64,000 nucleotides of DNA from Escherichia phage LF82-41. The position numbers and the translations under genes were made by a program. Shown one piece after another: positions 58,263 through 64,000 of the stretch. Where the stretch lies: sequence record PV660463. One strand, written 5' to 3'. The notes under the pieces were generated by a model. That model did no database searches and was not told the origin of the DNA. It saw only the letters and a program-made list of their open reading frames with translations. The first letter of the stretch is position 1; every line of letters begins with the position of its first letter.

Positions 58263-58556
58263 ATGTCTGGCTTAAGTTACGACAAGTGCGTTACAACAGG
58301 TCATGAAGCATGGCCTCCTACTGTAATAAATGCTTCCCAATCTAAAGTGTTCACCGGCGGTATTCCTGTTCTTGTGGCGGGAGACCAAATAACACCTCAT
58401 ACAGAAATTAAAAAACCATACGAGACTCATGGAGGTGTTACTGAACCTCGTACATCTAAAGTATACGTCACCGGTAAAAAGGCCGTTCAAATGGCTGACC
58501 CAATTTCATGCGGGGATACTGTTTCTCAGGCCTCGTCAAAAGTCTTTATAAAATAG
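58263..58556 (+). CDS. 5.4: PAAR-repeat spike-tip protein
   Basis: [48 protein letters not shown] matches T4 gp5.4. Confidence 0.88.
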   Translation: MSGLSYDKCVTTGHEAWPPTVINASQSKVFTGGIPVLVAGDQITPHTEIKKPYETHGGVTEPRTSKVYVTGKKAVQMADPISCGDTVSQASSKVFIK

Positions 58557-58564
58557 GAATTAAA

Positions 58565-60538
58565 ATGGCAAACACTCCTGTAAATTATCAATTAACACGA
58601 ACAGCGAATGCTATTCCCGAGATTTTTATCGGGGGCACATTTGCCGAAATCAAACAGAACATTATCGAATGGCTCAATGGACAGAATGAATTTCTTGATT
58701 ATGATTTTGAAGGTTCACGCTTAAACGTATTGTGCGACCTTTTAGCATATAACACTCTTTACATCCAACAGTTCAGTAATAGTGCAGTGTATGAAAGTTT
58801 TATGCGTACTGCAAACTTGCGTAGTTCTGTTGTACAAGCGGCTCAAGATAACGGATATCTGCCTTCATCTAAATCAGCAGCACAAACAGAAATTATGCTC
58901 ACATGTACAGATGCATTAAATAGAAACTATATCACCATTCCACGTGGCACTCGTTTCTTAGCATACGCTAAAGATACTTCTGTTAACCCGTATAACTTTG
59001 TTTCTACTGAAGATGTCATTGTAGTTAAAGACAAAAATAACCAATATTTCCCACGTCTTCGATTAGCTCAGGGTCGTATTGTTCGCACTGAATTAACATT
59101 TGATAAATTAAAACCTATCATTATTCGTGATAAGAACATTGACCGTAATTTGGTTAAGTTGTACGTTGATGGAGCAGAATGGATTAACTGGACTCGTAAG
59201 TCGATGGTTCACGCTGGTTCTACGTCAACAATCTATTATATGCGTGAAACAGTTGATGGGAACACCGAATTTTATTTTGGTGAAGGCGAAATCTCTATTA
59301 ACACATCAGAAGGCGCGTTAACATCCAACTATATTGGTGGCCTTAAACCTGTTCAGGGTTCTAAAATCGTAATTGAGTATATTTCTACTAATGGCGCAGA
59401 TGCTAACGGTGCTGTAGGATTTTCTTATGCAGATACATTAGCTAATATCACGGTAATCGATATTAACGAGAACCCTAGCAATAACCCAGACTTTGTCGGG
59501 GCTGATGGTGGCGGTGACCCTGAAGATATTGAACGTATTAGAGAATTAGGCACAATTAAACGCGAAACTCAACAACGTTGTGTAACCGCTTCCGACTATG
59601 ACACATTCGTCTCTGAGCGGTTTGGTTCTATTATTCAAGCGGTTCAAACATTCACAGATTCATCTAAACCAGGGTACGCATATATTGCCGCTAAGCCTAA
59701 ATCTGGATTGTATTTGACTTCTGTCCAACGTGATGATATCAAAAATTATTTGAATGATTATAACTTAGGGACTATTACACCTGTTGTTATTTCGCCTGAT
59801 TATTTGTTTATCAAAATGAATATCAAAGTTACGTACGCGTTGAATAAACTCCAAGAATCAGAACAATATCTTGAAGGGCAAATTATTAATAAAATTGACC
59901 GATATTATATTGAAGATGTAGAAATTTTTAACTCATCGTTTGCAAAATCTAAAATGCTAACTTATGTCGATGATGCAGATATTTCTATTATTGGTTCTTC
60001 AGCTACTATTCAAATGGTTCGCGAAGTACAAAACTTCTATAAAACGCCTGAGGCCGGTATTAAATACAATAATCAGATTAAAGATAGATCGATGGAATCT
60101 AATATATTCTCGTTTGATTCGCACAGACCTAATCCAGAAAATGCAAACGAAACTATTAAATACGGTGTTCGCATAGTATCTTCTGACCGTAATGACCGTG
60201 GCATAGGTCAAGTTATTATTGGTCCATTTGCAGACGGTGATGTTGTTGAAAACGAAAATATACAACCTTATACAGGTAATGATTTTAATAAACTTACTGT
60301 TACTGACGGACGAAACAAATACTATTCAATTGGTGAAGTGAATTATCCTGCCGATTCGATTTATTGGAATATTGCTAAAATTGACCTCACTTCAGACCGT
60401 TTTGAAGTTCAAACAATTGAACTTTATTCCGACCCTGCAGATGATATTATTTTTACAAAGGATGGTTCTTTAATCGTATTCGAAAATGACTTACGTCCTC
60501 AGTACTTAACTATAGATTTGGAGCCTATTTCACAATGA
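58565..60538 (+). CDS. 6: baseplate wedge protein
   Basis: MANTPVNYQLTRTANAIPEIFIGGTFAEIKQNIIEWLNGQ... matches T4 gp6; start at internal Met of ORF 58508..60538. Confidence 0.95.
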   Translation: MANTPVNYQLTRTANAIPEIFIGGTFAEIKQNIIEWLNGQNEFLDYDFEGSRLNVLCDLLAYNTLYIQQFSNSAVYESFMRTANLRSSVVQAAQDNGYLPSSKSAAQTEIMLTCTDALNRNYITIPRGTRFLAYAKDTSVNPYNFVSTEDVIVVKDKNNQYFPRLRLAQGRIVRTELTFDKLKPIIIRDKNIDRNLVKLYVDGAEWINWTRKSMVHAGSTSTIYYMRETVDGNTEFYFGEGEISINTSEGALTSNYIGGLKPVQGSKIVIEYISTNGADANGAVGFSYADTLANITVIDINENPSNNPDFVGADGGGDPEDIERIRELGTIKRETQQRCVTASDYDTFVSERFGSIIQAVQTFTDSSKPGYAYIAAKPKSGLYLTSVQRDDIKNYLNDYNLGTITPVVISPDYLFIKMNIKVTYALNKLQESEQYLEGQIINKIDRYYIEDVEIFNSSFAKSKMLTYVDDADISIIGSSATIQMVREVQNFYKTPEAGIKYNNQIKDRSMESNIFSFDSHRPNPENANETIKYGVRIVSSDRNDRGIGQVIIGPFADGDVVENENIQPYTGNDFNKLTVTDGRNKYYSIGEVNYPADSIYWNIAKIDLTSDRFEVQTIELYSDPADDIIFTKDGSLIVFENDLRPQYLTIDLEPISQ

Positions 60539-63500
60539 CAGTAAAAGCGCCAGCAGTCACAAGTCTCAGAATATCCAAGTTGTCCGCTAACCAAGTTCAA
60601 ATACGCTGGGATGACGTTGGTGCTAATTTCTACTATTTCGTAGAAATCGCTGAGACTAAAACGGCAGACGGGGAAATAATTCCTCCTGCCAGCTACAGAT
60701 GGATAAATTTAGGATATACTCCTAATAGCAACTGGTTCGAAAGTAGCTTAGACCCATTAACTTCTTATATTATTCGTGTATCAACTGCCGCTGAAGGCTT
60801 CGAGAGATCCGATTGGGTATATACCGAAATATTTGAATCATTTCAGACTAACGCGTATACATTTCAACATATGATTGAAATGCAATTGGCTAACACTTTT
60901 ATTAGAGAAAAATTTACAAATAACAACATGGCTTATGTCGATTTTAATAACGACACTATAATGGCAGCTCTAATGAATGAATCGTTCCAATTTAGCCCTG
61001 CTTATGCGGATATTTCATCTATTAAAAATTTCATTATTGGCGAAAATGAGTATCATGAAATTCAAGGTTCGATTCAACAGGTGTGTCATGATATAAACCG
61101 TGTTTATTTGATGGAATCTGAAGGAATTCTTTATTTGTTTGAACGGTATCAGCCTGTGGTTAAAGTCTCTAATGATAAGGGACAAACCTGGAAATCGGTT
61201 AAATTGTTTAATGACCGTGTAGGGTACCCTGTATCAAGAACAGTGTATTACCAGACAGGTTATACCACGTATGTTCTTGGGTATGATAAATTATTTTACG
61301 GCCGTAAATCAACTGACGTTCGTTGGTCTGCTGATGATGTGAGATTTAGTTCTCAAGATATAACATTTGCTAAAATTGGTGACCAGTTAAATTTAGGATT
61401 TGATGTAGAAATATTTGGTAACTACGCATCATTACCTGCTAACGTATCACGTATTGCAGAAGCTATCGTTTGCAACGACGATTATGTATACGTTGCTGCT
61501 CGAGATAAAGTTCGTTTTATTAAAACTAGTAATGCCCCTATTGATTCAGACCCGTTATCTCCGACATATTCCGAACGTTTGTTTGAACAAGAAACATTTA
61601 ACATCACAGGTAACCCTAAAGCAGTTTGCTATAAAATGGATTCTGTCGGTGGTAAAATATTTGCACTGATTATCGGTGAAGTTGTTAATCTTAATGACGA
61701 CCCGAGGACCACTCCTATTGTTGATTCCGCTGATAAGGGTGTTTACGTTCTAGACCATGATGCTGGCACATTTAAACGTGTGTTTGGTAATACTGAAGAA
61801 GAACGCCGTCGTATTGAACCTGGGTACACCAGTATGTCTACTGATGGTGTTGAGTTATCTATTTCATCTAGTAATTTTAAATTTTTAGAATCAGATATTG
61901 TTGATGACCCAAAAACACAAGTCAAGTACGGTTTAATCGGTGCTGTTAAATATGAGTATCCTCGTGAATGGCTGGCTGATAAACATTATCATATGATGGC
62001 ATTTATTTCAACTGAAGACTCTCAATGGGAATCGTTCACTCCCCAACCGATGGAATACTACGCTGAGCCATTCTTTAGTTATTCTAGAAAGTCTGGTACT
62101 CGTTGTTGGATTAATAACTCAGACAAGGCCGTTGTAATTTATTCTGATTTACTTTACACTAAGGTTATTGAGAATCATCCACTTAGTTCTTCAGACCGTG
62201 AAGTTCATGAATATTGGAAGGACGGTGACTGTACAATAGTGATGCCTAACGTAGATTTCACCGGATTTAAAAAATATGCGTCCGGCATGATTTTCTATAA
62301 ATCATCAGGTGAGATTATTTCTTATTATGATTTTAGTTATCGTGTTAGAGATAATGTTTCTATAATTTGGAAGCCTACTAATATATTCTTAACAGCATCA
62401 TTACAAAACCAAGAAAAAGATACCACATGGACTCCTGTAGAAGAGAACGGTATTGCAGACCCAGATTTACGACCCTTGCTCACTACAATGATGCCAGAGT
62501 CTTATCTTTTAGATAATACAAACTTCGAAGCATTCTGCGAGGCTTATATTCAGTATCTTTCTGACGGTTATGGGACTCATTATAACAACCTTTTAAATCT
62601 TATTAAAAATCAATATCCACGCGAAGAACATGCGTGGGAATATTTATGGTCTGAGATTTATAAACGAAACATTTACTTAAACGCCGAAAAACGCGATTTA
62701 GTGTCTCGTTTCTTTGAATCAAGAAGTTATGACTTCTATTCAACTAAAGGAACTGAAGCATCATATAAATTCTTGTTTAAAGTGCTTTATAACGAAGATG
62801 TTGAAATTGAAATTGAATCTAGTTCCGGGACCGAATATGATATCATCATTGAATCTGATTCGTTGACAGAAGATTTGGTCGGACAAACCATATACACCGC
62901 TACAGGACGTTGTAATGTGACGTATATCGAGAGAAGTTACTCTAAAGGTAAATTACAATGGACTGTAACAATTCACAACCTCTTAGGTCGTTTAATCCAA
63001 GGACAGGAAGTTAAAGCTGAAAGACTCCCTGGTTTTGAAGGTGAAATTGTTCGTGGTATTAAAGGTAAAGAGCTTTCTCAGAACAACATCGATTACATAA
63101 ATCGTGGTAGAGCATACTACGTAATGAAGATTAAATCTAAACTTCCATCGTCTCGTTGGAAATCAGACGTATTACGTTTTGTTCATCCGGTTGGATTTGG
63201 ATTTATCGCAATTACCCTTCTCACAATGTTTATTAACACCGGATTAACACTTAAACATGTTGAAACCATTATTAATAAATACAAAAACTATAAGTGGGAT
63301 TCTGGATTACCGACTAAATATGCAGACCGAGTGGCTAAATTAGACCCACAAGGAAATGTTGAGTTTGACCCTATTACAGGTAAAGCGATATATGAAATAG
63401 GCCCTATGGCTGGTCAAGATTATCCATTGCCTGAAGATTATAACGCTGAAAACAATAACTCTATATTTCAAGGTCAACTTCCATCGGAACGTCGTAAACT

Positions 63501-63633
63501 GATGAGCCCATTATTTGATGCGTCCGGAACAACATTCTCTAGATTTAGAGATTTGGTTGAACAGCGGTTAATCGATAATGTAGGAAATCCAAGAGACCCC
63601 GTGAATCCACCACAGGTTAAATTAGATGAATGA
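60535..63633 (+). CDS. 7: baseplate wedge protein
   Basis: 1032 aa, ATGA-coupled to gene 6. Confidence 0.92.
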   Translation: MTVKAPAVTSLRISKLSANQVQIRWDDVGANFYYFVEIAETKTADGEIIPPASYRWINLGYTPNSNWFESSLDPLTSYIIRVSTAAEGFERSDWVYTEIFESFQTNAYTFQHMIEMQLANTFIREKFTNNNMAYVDFNNDTIMAALMNESFQFSPAYADISSIKNFIIGENEYHEIQGSIQQVCHDINRVYLMESEGILYLFERYQPVVKVSNDKGQTWKSVKLFNDRVGYPVSRTVYYQTGYTTYVLGYDKLFYGRKSTDVRWSADDVRFSSQDITFAKIGDQLNLGFDVEIFGNYASLPANVSRIAEAIVCNDDYVYVAARDKVRFIKTSNAPIDSDPLSPTYSERLFEQETFNITGNPKAVCYKMDSVGGKIFALIIGEVVNLNDDPRTTPIVDSADKGVYVLDHDAGTFKRVFGNTEEERRRIEPGYTSMSTDGVELSISSSNFKFLESDIVDDPKTQVKYGLIGAVKYEYPREWLADKHYHMMAFISTEDSQWESFTPQPMEYYAEPFFSYSRKSGTRCWINNSDKAVVIYSDLLYTKVIENHPLSSSDREVHEYWKDGDCTIVMPNVDFTGFKKYASGMIFYKSSGEIISYYDFSYRVRDNVSIIWKPTNIFLTASLQNQEKDTTWTPVEENGIADPDLRPLLTTMMPESYLLDNTNFEAFCEAYIQYLSDGYGTHYNNLLNLIKNQYPREEHAWEYLWSEIYKRNIYLNAEKRDLVSRFFESRSYDFYSTKGTEASYKFLFKVLYNEDVEIEIESSSGTEYDIIIESDSLTEDLVGQTIYTATGRCNVTYIERSYSKGKLQWTVTIHNLLGRLIQGQEVKAERLPGFEGEIVRGIKGKELSQNNIDYINRGRAYYVMKIKSKLPSSRWKSDVLRFVHPVGFGFIAITLLTMFINTGLTLKHVETIINKYKNYKWDSGLPTKYADRVAKLDPQGNVEFDPITGKAIYEIGPMAGQDYPLPEDYNAENNNSIFQGQLPSERRKLMSPLFDASGTTFSRFRDLVEQRLIDNVGNPRDPVNPPQVKLDE

Positions 63634-64000
63634 TTCAAGTGTTATCTATCGTGCAATAGTTACATCAAAATTTAGAACAGAGAAAATGCTGAATTTTTAT
63701 AATTCAGTTGGGGATGGAGATGATAAGAACTCCATTTATATTACGTTTGGACGTTCAGAGCCTTGGGCGTCAAATGAAAATGAGGTGGGCTTCGCCCCAC
63801 CTTATCCTACAGATTCTGTTCTTGGTGTTACTGATATGTGGACCCATATGATGGGTACCGTTAAAGTTTTACCTTCAATGTTAGATTCTGTTATTCCTAG
63901 ACGTGATTGGGGAGATGTGCGATATCCAGACCCTTACACGTTTAGAATTAACGATATAGTCGCATGTAATACTGCTCCGTACAACGCGACAGAAGTTGGA
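63626..64000 (+). CDS. 8: baseplate wedge protein, truncated by window edge
   Basis: MNDSSVIYRAIVTSKFRTEKMLNFYNSVGDGDDKNSIYITFGRSEPWASNENEVGFAPPYPTDSVLGV... matches T4 gp8 N-terminus; open to window end. Confidence 0.9.
   Translation, partial: MNDSSVIYRAIVTSKFRTEKMLNFYNSVGDGDDKNSIYITFGRSEPWASNENEVGFAPPYPTDSVLGVTDMWTHMMGTVKVLPSMLDSVIPRRDWGDVRYPDPYTFRINDIVACNTAPYNATEVG

Overview
This 64 kb window is a T4-like (Tevenvirinae) myovirus genome segment, read almost entirely on the minus strand until the baseplate genes. Gene order follows T4: 42 (dCMP hydroxymethylase) - 43 (DNA polymerase) - regA - 62 - 44 - 45 - rpbA - 46 - 47 - 55 - nrdH/nrdG/nrdD - 49 - nrdC - rI - tk - regB - denV - e - nudE - tRNAs - ipI - 57B - 57A - 1 - 3 - 2 - 4 (minus strand), then 53 - 5 - 5.1 - 5.4 - 6 - 7 - 8 (plus strand). 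Several proteins look close to phage RB69 (recollection only, not a database search). The most notable departure from T4 is a cassette between genes 42 and 43 (where T4 has imm/imm.1): a KdsD-like arabinose-5-phosphate isomerase, a fused sugar nucleotidyltransferase/anomeric-kinase, a small HAD phosphatase and a Cys-rich U32-like protein. Together they look like a complete NDP-pentose (probably NDP-arabinose) pathway, and no alpha-gt or beta-gt is present at the T4 positions. I interpret this as the donor-synthesis arm of a hydroxymethylcytosine glycosylation system of the arabinosyl-hmC type; it is inferred from motifs only. The window also carries about 20 copies of a repeated early-promoter/stem-loop cassette (PeSL-like), two intact tRNAs (Arg-TCT, Met/Ile-CAT), five internal-protein-like genes with a capsid-targeting leader, several small paralogous gene families, and macro-domain, NTase-fold, GrcA-like and Acb1-like accessory genes. 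No CRISPR array, rRNA or obvious transposon/integrase was seen.
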